A stretch of DNA of 44,744 bases, from assembly GCA_964545305.1 (NCBI GenBank), contig CAZJFJ010000003.1, positions 1 through 44,744 of the forward strand, in the 5' to 3' direction. The notes under the pieces are model-generated. The model ran no database searches. It had not been told where the DNA came from and was given only the letters and a program-made list of their open reading frames with translations. The DNA comes from an uncultured Desulfovibrionaceae bacterium. Lineage in GTDB: Bacteria > Desulfobacterota > Desulfovibrionia > Desulfovibrionales > Desulfovibrionaceae. Below are positions 7,443-16,767 of this stretch, piece by piece. Every line of letters begins with the position of its first letter. The stretch's first letter is position 1. A program made the translations under genes and the position numbers.

Positions 7443-9266
7443 GTGTTGCGGGATTATTTTTTAAAAACTGGCTGTAAAGTTGGCCTGGCACTGCTGGCGT
7501 TAACCATTTTTTCCGTTTCCGGGGTCGAGGCCGTGGCGGGGGAAGTGGCCATAGGCCCCAGCGCGCATTTTGTGAATATCACCCCTTTTTTGGATTATTA
7601 CGAAGACCCTGGCGGGAAGCTTGGGATTTCAGACGTGTCATCCGGGGAGGTGTACAGGCGGTTCAAGCCTGTTGGAAGCGAAATTTTTCATGCCGGCCTC
7701 AGTTCTTCAAGTTATTGGTTCCGGGTGAAGTTCGGCCTTCCCCAAAGCTCTGACTGGGGAGGGAAGTGGCTTTTGGAAATCCCCGAATTGAATTTGGGGG
7801 AAGTGTCCATGTATGTTCCCGACTTTACCAAGCCGGGAGGCTTTGACATGGTGAAGGGGCTCAACCTGTTTGAGTGCCCGAAGCAGCCGTTTGTCTTTCA
7901 AAATACGGTTTTCCCACTGTCTTCCCGCGTAGGGGGGAAGACAGTGTTTTTTAGGATTACGGGCAAATCGCCGATCAGTCTGCCGATTTATGTTTGGGAG
8001 GAAGGAGCATATGGAAAAGAGCTTTCCCGGCGGGCGGTAATCTTTTCCCTCGCCTGCGGGCTGATGCTGGGTGCTGCGGCTTTTGGCGTGTTCGCCCTGT
8101 CCAGCAGAAATTGGAAGGCGGTGGCTTTGTTTGTCGGCTACACCACTTTATGGGTGTGCCTTCTGTTCAACATTCGCGGGTATTCGTTTTTGTTTTTCAG
8201 CAACTCGTGCCCATTGTATCAAAGCACCGGCCTGATCTTGTGCGGGGTGGGAATTGCCAGTATTCTGCTGACTAATTGCTTGCTTAAGGTGCGCCTGTAT
8301 GTCCCATGGCTTTACCGCATCGGGCTGGGGATTATGGCTGCTTCCGCAGCCGCCGGGCTGCTTTCCTTTGTTTTGCCGCAGGCGGTCAACATCAAACTGG
8401 CGGCGGTGTGCATAGTCTTGGCCGGAAGTTACAAGCTGTGCACGTCGTCTGTCAGGGTCAGGCAGAAAAGCCTTTCGGCCTTCTGGTATCTGATTTCCTG
8501 CATATTTCTTTATGGTTCCTGCCTCTTGTCTTTTGGGAACGGCATGCTCTGGCCCGATATTCCGGAGATGCAGAACATTTTGATTTTCGGAGCCAGCCTG
8601 TCCAGTCTGTTTATTTGCCGTGCGATTACTGTGGAGTATGGAATTCTGGAGCTTAAGCAGATTCGCCACGGAGCCGACGCGGATGATCGTGACTTGTATG
8701 ATATCTCCACCGGCCTTCACAGTCAGGGATATTTCGTCAGCCGTTTCACCGAAGAGATGAACCACAGCTACCGGGTGAGGCAGCCTCTGTCTTTGCTTTT
8801 GATTGACATCGATCATTTGCGCCACATTAATGAACAGTATGGGGTGCTGTTCTCGGATCAGGTGATTGTGAGGCTGGGAGAAGTGATAAAAAGGAATTCT
8901 TTGTGCTTTAGCGTTGCCGGGAGGCTGGAGGGAGGGCTTTTCGCCCTGCAACTGCCGGAAGCGCATTTGGGAGAGGCTCTTGGGGTTGCCGAAAAAATCC
9001 GGGGCGAATTTTCAGAAATTGAGTTCAGCACAGCCAGCCACATAAAACATTCTTCTCAGCCTGAAGAGACAGAAGGCGCCCTTGGGCGTTTTGATGAAGA
9101 TAAGGGTATCGTCTGGTTTTCGGTCTGTATCGGGGCGGTCGAGGTCATGCCGGAAGAAAGGCACTGGGAGGAAGTGCTCAGACGGGCTCAGAGGGAGCTG
9201 AAAAAGGCGAAACAAGCCGGAGTGGGCAGCATTTCGCCGGGGCCGGAGTTCAAGGCTCCGCTGTAG
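7443..9266 (+). CDS. 7TMR-DISM receptor with degenerate GGDEF domain
   Basis: GTG start. Signal/TM segment, a periplasmic domain of about 180 aa (YWFRVKF, 7TMR-DISMED2-like), seven hydrophobic helices (about aa 195-395), then a GGDEF-fold domain (LLLIDIDHLRHINEQYG). The active-site pentapeptide reads EGGLF (aa 496-500, nt 8928-8942) instead of GG(D/E)EF. Confidence 0.8.
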   Translation: MLRDYFLKTGCKVGLALLALTIFSVSGVEAVAGEVAIGPSAHFVNITPFLDYYEDPGGKLGISDVSSGEVYRRFKPVGSEIFHAGLSSSSYWFRVKFGLPQSSDWGGKWLLEIPELNLGEVSMYVPDFTKPGGFDMVKGLNLFECPKQPFVFQNTVFPLSSRVGGKTVFFRITGKSPISLPIYVWEEGAYGKELSRRAVIFSLACGLMLGAAAFGVFALSSRNWKAVALFVGYTTLWVCLLFNIRGYSFLFFSNSCPLYQSTGLILCGVGIASILLTNCLLKVRLYVPWLYRIGLGIMAASAAAGLLSFVLPQAVNIKLAAVCIVLAGSYKLCTSSVRVRQKSLSAFWYLISCIFLYGSCLLSFGNGMLWPDIPEMQNILIFGASLSSLFICRAITVEYGILELKQIRHGADADDRDLYDISTGLHSQGYFVSRFTEEMNHSYRVRQPLSLLLIDIDHLRHINEQYGVLFSDQVIVRLGEVIKRNSLCFSVAGRLEGGLFALQLPEAHLGEALGVAEKIRGEFSEIEFSTASHIKHSSQPEETEGALGRFDEDKGIVWFSVCIGAVEVMPEERHWEEVLRRAQRELKKAKQAGVGSISPGPEFKAPL

Positions 9267-9437
9267 GCCGGGAAGCTTTTCCGCCCCAGGACTGTTGGGG
9301 CGGGCCAAAACATTCCTTGCGCTAATACTTTTTTGTCTATATAAATAATTTTGTGTAGAGAATTAAATCAACCGTAAAGACGGGTCGCCCTGGGGAATAA
9401 TTCCGCATTCGCCGTCAGGGCAAATTGGAGTAGACTT

Positions 9438-10079
9438 ATGCATAAACCTTCTATCGGTATCACACCGGAAGGGGCTCCTTGCCTTATTATCGGGGCTCTG
9501 GCCACTCTTGTCTGTGCCGTGTTGGGCTGCTTTATCTTTACAATTATATTTTTTCTTTTATTTGTTTTTTGCATGCATTTTTTTCGCAATCCGGAGCGGA
9601 TAGTTCCTCAAGGGGAAGGGATAGCGGTCAGCCCGGCGGACGGGCGCGTGGTCAGCATCAGGATGGCTCCCGACCCGGTAAGCGGGGAGTCCCGGCAGTG
9701 TGTGGGCATCTTTATGAATCTTTTGAACGTGCATGTGAACCGCATTCCTGTATCCGGGGAAATTGCTGATATACGCTACTATCCGGGAAAATTCATCAAC
9801 GCCTCGTGGGACAAGGCTTCCACTGACAACGAACGCTGCGTCTACGTGGTGAAAGACGACAAAAAGACAGAGTGGACGGTGGTGCAGATTGCCGGCCTTA
9901 TCGCCCGCAGGATTGTCTCCTACGTGGAGGTGGGCGACAAGCTGAGCGCCGGACAGCGTTTTGGAATGATTCGTTTCGGCTCCAGGGTTGACATTTATCT
10001 TCCTGAAGGGGTCGCGCCTTTGGTGGGAGTTGGTGATTCCGTGTGGGCCGGAGAAACCGTAATCGCCAAGAGGGCGTAA
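9438..10079 (+). CDS. psd: Phosphatidylserine decarboxylase proenzyme (short type)
   Basis: Motifs SPADGRV, NVHVNRIPVSG and the self-cleavage motif RFGSRVD are present. The gene is directly followed by pssA. Confidence 0.9.
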   Translation: MHKPSIGITPEGAPCLIIGALATLVCAVLGCFIFTIIFFLLFVFCMHFFRNPERIVPQGEGIAVSPADGRVVSIRMAPDPVSGESRQCVGIFMNLLNVHVNRIPVSGEIADIRYYPGKFINASWDKASTDNERCVYVVKDDKKTEWTVVQIAGLIARRIVSYVEVGDKLSAGQRFGMIRFGSRVDIYLPEGVAPLVGVGDSVWAGETVIAKRA

Positions 10080-10832
10080 GTGAAAGTCATGGATAGGTTG
10101 CCTCCCCACAAGGGCGTTTATATTCTGCCCAATCTGATTACTACTGCGAGCCTGTTTTGCGCATTCCTCGCTCTGGTCTGGATTTCGCGCGGACTGTACG
10201 AGTCCGCGGCACTGGCTATATTCTTCGCGGCTCTTCTGGATGGTCTGGACGGCAAAGTTGCCCGCATCACGAACACCAGCAGCCCTTTTGGGGTGGAGTA
10301 CGACTCGCTGGCTGATCTTGTGGCTTTTGGGGTAACTCCAGCCTTTTTGCTGTTTAACTGGCAGCTTGCCGCTTACGGGCGGTATGGCTTGGCCGTCTGC
10401 TTCATTTTTGCGGCCTGTGGAGCCATGCGGCTTGCCCGCTTCAATATCAGCACTTCCAGCGGGACCAAGAAGTTTTTTACCGGGCTTCCCATCCCCGCAG
10501 GCGGGTGCACCATTGCGGCCCTGGTTTTGTTCACGCCCAACATCCCTGAAGCGCTTCACGCCTATCTTCCTCCGTTTTGCTTCCTCCTCGGCCTGCTTCT
10601 GGGCGTGCTCATGGTCAGCCGGGCGCGGTATTACTCCTTTAAGGACTTTGGCATTGTAAAGGCCTATCCCTTACGCTCTATGGTGGCGGTGCTCATACTT
10701 TTTGCGATTATTGCGATTGACCCTAAGTTTATGGCTTTCTTGCTGCTTATGGCTTATGTCGTGGCGGGGATGGTTTACACTCTGCTGCTTATGGCGAAAA
10801 GCCGCAGGTCTTCCAAGGCTCCCAGCGAATAG
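10080..10832 (+). CDS. pssA: CDP-diacylglycerol--serine O-phosphatidyltransferase
   Basis: CDP-alcohol phosphatidyltransferase motif DGLDGKVARITNTSSPFGVEYDSLADLVAFGVTP. Several TM helices. The GTG at 10080 has AAGAGGG about 8 nt upstream; an alternative ATG is at 10089. Confidence 0.9.
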   Translation: MKVMDRLPPHKGVYILPNLITTASLFCAFLALVWISRGLYESAALAIFFAALLDGLDGKVARITNTSSPFGVEYDSLADLVAFGVTPAFLLFNWQLAAYGRYGLAVCFIFAACGAMRLARFNISTSSGTKKFFTGLPIPAGGCTIAALVLFTPNIPEALHAYLPPFCFLLGLLLGVLMVSRARYYSFKDFGIVKAYPLRSMVAVLILFAIIAIDPKFMAFLLLMAYVVAGMVYTLLLMAKSRRSSKAPSE

Positions 10833-10942
10833 CCGGAGCGGCGTTGTGGTTGTTCCGTTGCTCATCAGGATGGGGTTTTTGGGCGCGTATGCCTGATTTG
10901 GGCCGTATTTGTCTTGATCTACTATGAAATTGAGGGGCCAGT

Positions 10943-12475
10943 ATGGGCATTGGCGCTAACCCGGAAAAACGGCGGCATCTGAGTTTTCCTTCCGCTTTCA
11001 CCATCCTGTTTTTCATAATGCTGCTGGCCATAGGCGCCACCTGGGTTGTTCCGGCGGGATCATATTCAAAGCTGACTTACAACGCCAGCGAGAAAATGCT
11101 TGAGGTCACCGACCCGCACGGCAAGGCAATCAGCCTGCCTCCCACCCAGGAGGCTTTGGACCGGATCAATATCCATATCAATCTGGAACAATTCACCAAA
11201 GGCAAGATCACCAAACCGGTTGCCATTCCAAACACCTATGAAAGGCTTGAACAGAAGCCCAAGACTCTTGCTGACCTTACCGTGAGCATGGTTGAAGGAG
11301 TTATTGAGGCCGTTGACATTATGGTGTTCATTTTTGTTCTGGGCGGTTTGATTGGGGTTGTGAACAAAACCGGGGCCTTCAACTCCGGGCTTGTCGCTTT
11401 GTCCAAAAAAACCAAGGGGCGGGAATTTGCGCTGGTTTTTCTGGTTTCGCTTTTAATGGTTATCGGCGGAACTACTTGCGGCATTGAAGAAGAGGCGGTC
11501 GCCTTTTATCCTATTCTGGTCCCCATATTCCTGGCTCTTGGCTATGACTCCATTGTTTGTGTGGGAGCCATTTTTCTGGCGTCGTCCATGGGTACCACTT
11601 TTTCAACCATAAATCCGTTTTCCGTGGTTATAGCCTCCAGCGCCGCCGGAATCCAGTTTACCGAAGGGATTCAGTTCAGAATTGCCGGCTGCGTAGTTGG
11701 AGCGGCTGTGGTCATTTCCTATCTGTATTGGTATTGCCGTAAAATCAGGGCCAATCCTGAATTTTCCTACACTTATGACGATCATGAAAAATTCCAGCAG
11801 CGTTTTCCGGTTAACCTGGATGAGGAAAGCATCGGCAAATTTTCATTGAGAAAGAAGATCATCCTTCTTTTATTCGCAGTGGCTTTTCCCATTATGGTCT
11901 GGGGCGTGTCTGCGGGGGGCTGGTGGTTTCCCCAGATGGCGGCGTCATTTTTAGCCATAACCATTGTCATCATGTTCATTTCCGGGCTGGGCGAGCATGA
12001 CGCCACCGAAGCCTTTGTGCATGGCGCTTCCGGCCTGGTCGGCGTTTCACTGATTATCGGGCTGGCGCGCGGGGTCAACTTGATTATGGAGCAAGGCATG
12101 ATCTCCGATACAGTCCTTTTTTACGCTTCCAGCGTGGTGTCCGGAATGCAGGGGGGCGTGTTCGCAGTGGCGCTGATGATTGTTTTTTTCTTTTTGGGCT
12201 TTATTGTTCCCTCTTCTTCCGGCCTCGCGGTGTTGTCCATGCCAATTATGGCGCCGCTTGCCGATACGGTGGGAATTCCCCGCTATGTTGTTGTTTCGGC
12301 CTACAACTGGGGCCAGTACGCCATGCTTTATCTTGCCCCCACCGGCCTGGTGCTGGCCACTCTCCAAATGCTTGGGATGAAGTATAACCACTGGTTGAAG
12401 TTTGTTTGGCCGATGGTGCTTTTCCTGTTCATTTTCGGAGGAGGGCTTCTGGTTTTGCAGGTGATGCTGGCGTAG
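10943..12475 (+). CDS. YfcC/DcuC-type anaerobic carrier family membrane protein
   Basis: 510-aa polytopic protein. The N-terminus FPSAFTILFFIMLLAIGATWVVPAGSYSKL matches the remembered YfcC N-terminal pattern. Confidence 0.7.
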   Translation: MGIGANPEKRRHLSFPSAFTILFFIMLLAIGATWVVPAGSYSKLTYNASEKMLEVTDPHGKAISLPPTQEALDRINIHINLEQFTKGKITKPVAIPNTYERLEQKPKTLADLTVSMVEGVIEAVDIMVFIFVLGGLIGVVNKTGAFNSGLVALSKKTKGREFALVFLVSLLMVIGGTTCGIEEEAVAFYPILVPIFLALGYDSIVCVGAIFLASSMGTTFSTINPFSVVIASSAAGIQFTEGIQFRIAGCVVGAAVVISYLYWYCRKIRANPEFSYTYDDHEKFQQRFPVNLDEESIGKFSLRKKIILLLFAVAFPIMVWGVSAGGWWFPQMAASFLAITIVIMFISGLGEHDATEAFVHGASGLVGVSLIIGLARGVNLIMEQGMISDTVLFYASSVVSGMQGGVFAVALMIVFFFLGFIVPSSSGLAVLSMPIMAPLADTVGIPRYVVVSAYNWGQYAMLYLAPTGLVLATLQMLGMKYNHWLKFVWPMVLFLFIFGGGLLVLQVMLA

Positions 12476-12522
12476 CTGGCTTATGGAATTGAGCTTTTTG
12501 GCGGAACCGTTGTTTTTGCATG

Positions 12523-12578
12523 AAACCGGGCCTTTCTGGAAACAGGATTGTTGTCTGTTCGAGATGCCCGGTTTTTTC
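12523..12578 (+). terminator. Possible terminator after the yfcC-like gene
   Basis: AAACCGGGC (12523-12531) pairs with GCCCGGTTT (12566-12574) and TTTTTC follows. The loop is long, at 34 nt. Confidence 0.35.
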
Positions 12579-12585
12579 TTTTGTC

Positions 12586-12703
12586 AGAGTATTTCAAGTG
12601 TGAAACGCTTCTGCAAGGGTTTGTCTTCAAATCCTTGCCGCCAAATGACTGCAGGGCGGCTTTGCCCACCGTTAAACAATCATTTGAGGCGTTAACCGCT
12701 CTG
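12586..12703 (-). repeat. Structured intergenic repeat, family 1, copy B (inverted orientation)
   Basis: AGAGTATTTCAAGTGTGAAAC..GCAAGGGTTTGTCTTCAAATCCTTGCCGCCAAATGACTGC...CAATCATTTGAGGCGTTAACCGCTCTGG is the reverse complement of the copy A architecture. Confidence 0.85.
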
Positions 12704-12884
12704 GAAGAAAGATTCTTTGCTGCAAAAGTTCAGTAGGGTGTTTTGTTTGAGGCAGTAAGTTGTATGGCTGGTGTCAGGGGAATTTAAAAATCAGGCCGCA
12801 GGCCATTTTAACTTTGAAAGAATGCCTTCCAAACAAAATGCCCTGGCCGCAAAGGCATGCGCCTGCCCCGGATGTGCCTCAACA

Positions 12885-13469
12885 CTATTTTTCTGTGTTT
12901 GAAAATACTTTTTTGTTGCTGTTGAAAGGCTTTGTGATGTCGAACCAGTAAGTGCGGTTGACTGTAACCAGTTTTCCCTGAAAGAAGGATAAGATGTGTT
13001 CGTCGTCCGCGCCGGTTTTGGACAGTTTTTCCAGTTCCGGCCAGTATTCCTCAGGCAGTAGGTCCAGAGTGGCCTCGGCAATGTCGAACCGCTGCCCTTT
13101 TTGACCGGTTTGCTCGGACTGTCTGATAATCAGGCATTTCATGGGCAAGAAACGTTTGCCGTCTTCCGGCACGGTATAGAATTCCTCCATGTTGCGCATA
13201 TCAATCAGGTCGGATTCAAAGCTACGCACATCGAAGAATTTTTTATCATTTTCGTATGGGTAGCCTATAACCATAACATCGGCTTTGCCATATCCCCATC
13301 CTCCGCTAACCACCGCCTGCACATCGGCCGGAGCTCCGATGTCGGCCAGAACTTTTTTGGGGGTTGCGGGCATATAGGGCGAACCGGCGGTCTGGGCGCG
13401 AGCGGAAAAAGCTGTGATAGAAATCAGCATTAAAATGAGCATGGCTGGAAAGCATTGCCGGATATTCAT
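12885..13469 (-). CDS. Secreted hypothetical protein (194 aa)
   Basis: Signal peptide MNIRQCFPAMLILMLISITAFSARA/QT. The start overlaps the CYTH gene stop by 4 nt (ATGA), which implies translational coupling. Confidence 0.6.
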   Translation of the reverse strand: MNIRQCFPAMLILMLISITAFSARAQTAGSPYMPATPKKVLADIGAPADVQAVVSGGWGYGKADVMVIGYPYENDKKFFDVRSFESDLIDMRNMEEFYTVPEDGKRFLPMKCLIIRQSEQTGQKGQRFDIAEATLDLLPEEYWPELEKLSKTGADDEHILSFFQGKLVTVNRTYWFDITKPFNSNKKVFSNTEK

Positions 13470-13945
13470 GTTTGTTTGATGCCCCAGTTCTTGTAAGGGT
13501 TTTGAGCCAGATTGAAATTCGCATATCTAGGGTCGAGGCTTACCTCTTCGCCGATCCATCCGGGTTTGGAAAATTTTTCGCCTTCGGAAGCAAGCTCTAT
13601 CTCCGCCATGATCAGGCCCGCATTTTCTCCAAAAAATTCATCTATTTCCCAGATGTGACCCGCATGTTCCACAATATGGCGCTTTTTTTCAATCACGCTG
13701 TGCTCGGCATAGTGTTCAATCAGTTTGCGGGCATCGGTCAAAGGGATTTCATATTCAAACTCATCTGCGGAGATGTTCTTGCGTTTTCCCTTGATGCCAA
13801 GCAACGCCCGTTCGCCGCGGGTGCGCACCCGAAAAACGCAATTCTTGCCTTTGCCCAGATAGGCTTGTGAAATGTGTTCGCCTTGGGCCAGTTTGCGCCA
13901 TTCATCTCCTGTTACCAGGAATTTGCGTTCAATCTCTTTAGTCAT
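13466..13945 (-). CDS. CYTH domain protein (CyaB/ThTPase-type triphosphate tunnel metalloenzyme)
   Basis: EIERKFLV (the ExExK signature) at the N-terminus, RVRTRGERALLGIKGK, and WEIDEFFGENAGLIMAEIEL. ATG 13945 (MTKEIERKF) is preferred over the upstream in-frame ATGs. Confidence 0.8.
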   Translation of the reverse strand: MTKEIERKFLVTGDEWRKLAQGEHISQAYLGKGKNCVFRVRTRGERALLGIKGKRKNISADEFEYEIPLTDARKLIEHYAEHSVIEKKRHIVEHAGHIWEIDEFFGENAGLIMAEIELASEGEKFSKPGWIGEEVSLDPRYANFNLAQNPYKNWGIKQT

Positions 13946-14008
13946 GGCTGTACCGTGTTTCATTGTGGAAATGCCGCGCAAAATATGAGGCCGGCAGAAG
14001 ATCGCCCG

Positions 14009-15631
14009 TTAGTTGCCAGGGGTTGTGGCACCTTGCGTTCCCTGCCCGCCCGGATGAGCCGGGGCAGGAGCTTCGGACGAGTTGCCGGAAGCAGAGGGAA
14101 CGTTTCCGCCGGAGGTCTGCCGCCCCGTCCGCCTTGCGCTTTCCCTGGTGTCGTAGGTGACGGGCTGGGCCGGAGCCGAACCGCTGGGGTGCAGTTCATA
14201 TTCCGGTGTTTTATAGTCGTAAGGGGTCCAGGGCAGTGTGAGCGGCCATTGGGAATCCGGGCTTGGGGTATAATCGTTCGGTCGGGCCACCCGGTCGGTC
14301 GGGCTTGTTCCGCTGGGGGCCTGCAGGGATGGGGATGCCTCGCCCATGCTGATGTAAAGTTTTGACAGCGCCCCAAGGTAATCGGCCTTCGCTGCCGTCA
14401 GATAGGCTTCGGCCTGGGTCAGCGAAGCCTGGGCGGTGAGCACGTCTATGTTGGCGCCAACCTGGGCTTCATACCGGGACTGCGCCATGCGGAAGGCTTC
14501 TTTGGCCTGTTCCAGGCCGCGGTCAGCCACTTTTATGCGTTTGGCCGCTTCGGTGATTTTGAGCAGGTCGGACTTGACTTCATAGGCTACCTGCTGAAGC
14601 AGCTCCTCCTCATCCGCCTTTACTTTGCTGATAAGATGGCTGGCCTGCTGGGTGCGGTAGAAGCTTTGCCCCCACTCGAACAGATTCCAGGTTCCGGTGG
14701 CTCCGAAATTCCAGGCGGAGTAATTCGTGTCAGCGGTGCTGGAGCCGGCTGCCCGCCATGTGTCGCCTTGGCTTTCTGCGCTTACATAGCCGTAAATTTG
14801 GGGATAGAAGTTGGATGCGGCTGAAAGTTTGTCCTTGTAGCTGATTTCCACGCTTTTGCGGGCGATGAACACATCGGGGCGCAAGCGGTAGGAGCGGTCG
14901 AGACAATCTTCCAAAGTGGCGGCAAAGGGGATGAACTCCAGTGCGCCCACGTATTCCGCCCTGGCTTCAAGCGGCAGGTTGAGCAGGGTGTTCAGGCGGG
15001 CCTGTTGAGTGTCGAGGCTGTTTTGCGCCTGAAGCAGAGAGTCCTCGGCAGAAGCCACATCGGTTTCTGCTTGCAGCACATCGAGCCGGGGGCGCAGGCC
15101 AACGTCATAAAACTGGCGGGTGATGGTCAGCTGGGTGTTCAGGCGCAGCAGCGAATCCTGCGCGCTACGGACCATTTCCCGGGCGGAAAGCAGGGCCAGA
15201 AAGTTTTCTTGCACCAGTCCAATGGTGGTCAGCTCGGTGTTACGGCGCTGGGCCTGGGCCTGCTCTCCCTGAAGAGCCGCTTTCTGATAACCGGCAAGCA
15301 GGGAGAAACCCGTAAACAGGGGCTGGTTTATCTTGGCTTCCATATTATAGGTTTCCTTGCTGCCTTTGATTCCCCCGTAGTAGTCAGGCTCCTTGCTGCG
15401 TTTATCGGCCTGGTAGCTCACGCTTAAAGATGGCCCGAAAGCCCCGCGGGCCGATTTGCGGGCGCTTTCCGCAGCTTCTGCGGAGGAGTAGGCTGAATCG
15501 ATGCTTTTATTTTCCTTAAGCGCGTATTCAACGGCTTCTTGCATGTTGAAAGCCTGCTGGGCGTTGGTTTGGGCGGGGCATAACAGAAAGGCCGCCCCCA
15601 GGGATAGTGTTAGAATATATGAAAAGCGCAT
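14009..15631 (-). CDS. TolC-family outer membrane efflux protein with a 109-aa low-complexity C-terminal tail
   Basis: ATG 15631 follows AAGGAG. Signal peptide MRFSYILTLSLGAAFLLCPAQTNA. Two OEP repeats (LNTLLNLPLEA..., DVLTAQASLTQAEAYLTAAKADY). The tail (14012..14338) is rich in P, S, G and T. Confidence 0.85.
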   Translation of the reverse strand: MRFSYILTLSLGAAFLLCPAQTNAQQAFNMQEAVEYALKENKSIDSAYSSAEAAESARKSARGAFGPSLSVSYQADKRSKEPDYYGGIKGSKETYNMEAKINQPLFTGFSLLAGYQKAALQGEQAQAQRRNTELTTIGLVQENFLALLSAREMVRSAQDSLLRLNTQLTITRQFYDVGLRPRLDVLQAETDVASAEDSLLQAQNSLDTQQARLNTLLNLPLEARAEYVGALEFIPFAATLEDCLDRSYRLRPDVFIARKSVEISYKDKLSAASNFYPQIYGYVSAESQGDTWRAAGSSTADTNYSAWNFGATGTWNLFEWGQSFYRTQQASHLISKVKADEEELLQQVAYEVKSDLLKITEAAKRIKVADRGLEQAKEAFRMAQSRYEAQVGANIDVLTAQASLTQAEAYLTAAKADYLGALSKLYISMGEASPSLQAPSGTSPTDRVARPNDYTPSPDSQWPLTLPWTPYDYKTPEYELHPSGSAPAQPVTYDTRESARRTGRQTSGGNVPSASGNSSEAPAPAHPGGQGTQGATTPGN

Positions 15632-15936
15632 AGTCGGCTCCTTAAAAGCGGGCAAAAAGAGGTTGAAAGTTCGGCGCCTCGCCCTGAGAGGAATGGCGTA
15701 TGCTGCCTCCTTGGGGCTTGGTTGGCAGGTGCGTAAGTATGAAAGCACCGCCGGAATTAGCTGCATCCTACACTTGAAATTGAAGTTTTACAAGGGAAAG
15801 GCCGTGTTGAAGCGGTTTGCCTTGATTGCGAATGCCATTACAGTTCAATGGTTTTTCGTGATTGCTCATTTTGCAAAACAGTTTTTCAGAGAGTGGAATA
15901 AACTTTTCAGGCCAGGAAGAGGAAGAGCGATTTGGA

Positions 15937-15952
15937 TGGTCTTGATTTTGCA
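15937..15952 (+). promoter_or_regulatory. Sigma-54-like promoter candidate upstream of the nucleotidyltransferase/TagF-like pair
   Basis: TGGTCttgattTTGCA with correct GG/GC spacing, 68 nt upstream of ATG 16021. The -24 element is imperfect. Confidence 0.35.
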
Positions 15953-16020
15953 TCATTCCTGACAAGCATATTGTGTGTCAAAAAAATGATGCGCCAAACC
16001 AAAACGCTGAGGATAGAAGT

Positions 16021-16758
16021 ATGCGTGCTGTAATTCTTGCTGCCGGGGTGGGAAGCCGCCTGGGCAATCCTTTTCCCAAATCCCTGTCTACCCTGCCCGG
16101 CGGGGAGCGGATTTTAGGCCGCCAGATCCGTATTCTGCGCGAGGCTGGAATTCGTGAAATCGTGGTGGTTGTGGGCTTTAAGAAAGAACTGATCATGGAG
16201 GAATACCCGGAAGTGGACTACTGCTACAACCCGGTGTTCTATCTCACCAATACCTGCAAAAGCCTTCTGCGCGGGCTTGAATATGCGGATGAAGACGTGA
16301 TTTGGACCAATGGCGATGTTGTGTTTGATGAGGCTTCCATCGGCAGCTTGCTTGCAACTCCGGGCAACTGCGTGCTGGTGGACAAAAGCGAATGCGGCGA
16401 TGAAGAAGTGAAATACAAGACCGGGGCGCACGGTAAAATAATTGAAATTTCTAAATTGGTGCAGGACGGGGAAGGCGAGGCCGTGGGCATCAATAAAATT
16501 TCCCGCGCCGGGCTGCCCGTGTTTGTGGAAGCCCTGCGGCGGTGTGAGGATAGCGATTATTTTGAACGGGGCATTGAGCTTTCCATTTCGGAGGGGCTGG
16601 AGTTCAACGCCCTGGATATTTCTGAATACCGCTGCATTGAGGTTGATTTTGAGGAAGACCTGATCCGGGCGAGGCAGTTGTTCTCTGAAGAGGGAATGAG
16701 TTCTGCGCTGAGGGAAGAGCTTGGCAAAAATCCGCTGCACGAGCAGTTCGGCCTGTAG
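16021..16758 (+). CDS. Nucleotidyltransferase (LicC/NTP_transferase-like cytidylyl/uridylyltransferase)
   Basis: MRAVILAAGVGSRLG..PKSL is the G-loop signature of sugar/alcohol-phosphate nucleotidyltransferases. ATG 16021 follows GAGGA. Confidence 0.8.
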   Translation: MRAVILAAGVGSRLGNPFPKSLSTLPGGERILGRQIRILREAGIREIVVVVGFKKELIMEEYPEVDYCYNPVFYLTNTCKSLLRGLEYADEDVIWTNGDVVFDEASIGSLLATPGNCVLVDKSECGDEEVKYKTGAHGKIIEISKLVQDGEGEAVGINKISRAGLPVFVEALRRCEDSDYFERGIELSISEGLEFNALDISEYRCIEVDFEEDLIRARQLFSEEGMSSALREELGKNPLHEQFGL

Positions 16759-16767
16759 GTTTGGCAA

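Noticed and set aside
8148-8966. 272-aa minus-strand ORF
   Set aside because: It is antisense to the 7TMR-DISM/GGDEF gene. Its composition is Q/R/P-rich and it has no recognisable motifs. Long antisense ORFs of this kind are common as coding-strand shadows and need no separate explanation.
9558-10559. 333-aa minus-strand ORF
   Set aside because: It is antisense to psd and pssA, both of which have unambiguous catalytic motifs. Its product is Gly/Arg/Pro-rich nonsense.
13874-14376. ORFs 13874..14365 (+), 13960..14376 (-) and 13963..14160 (+)
   Set aside because: They overlap the GC-rich low-complexity tail of the TolC gene, where several frames stay open. The products are Arg/Pro/Gly-rich and have no start context.
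15771-15781. Short match (ACACTTGAAAT) to the terminal module of the family-1 repeat in the TolC/nucleotidyltransferase intergenic region
   Set aside because: The match is only about 11 nt with no flanking similarity, so it is compatible with chance. I do not count it as a repeat copy.
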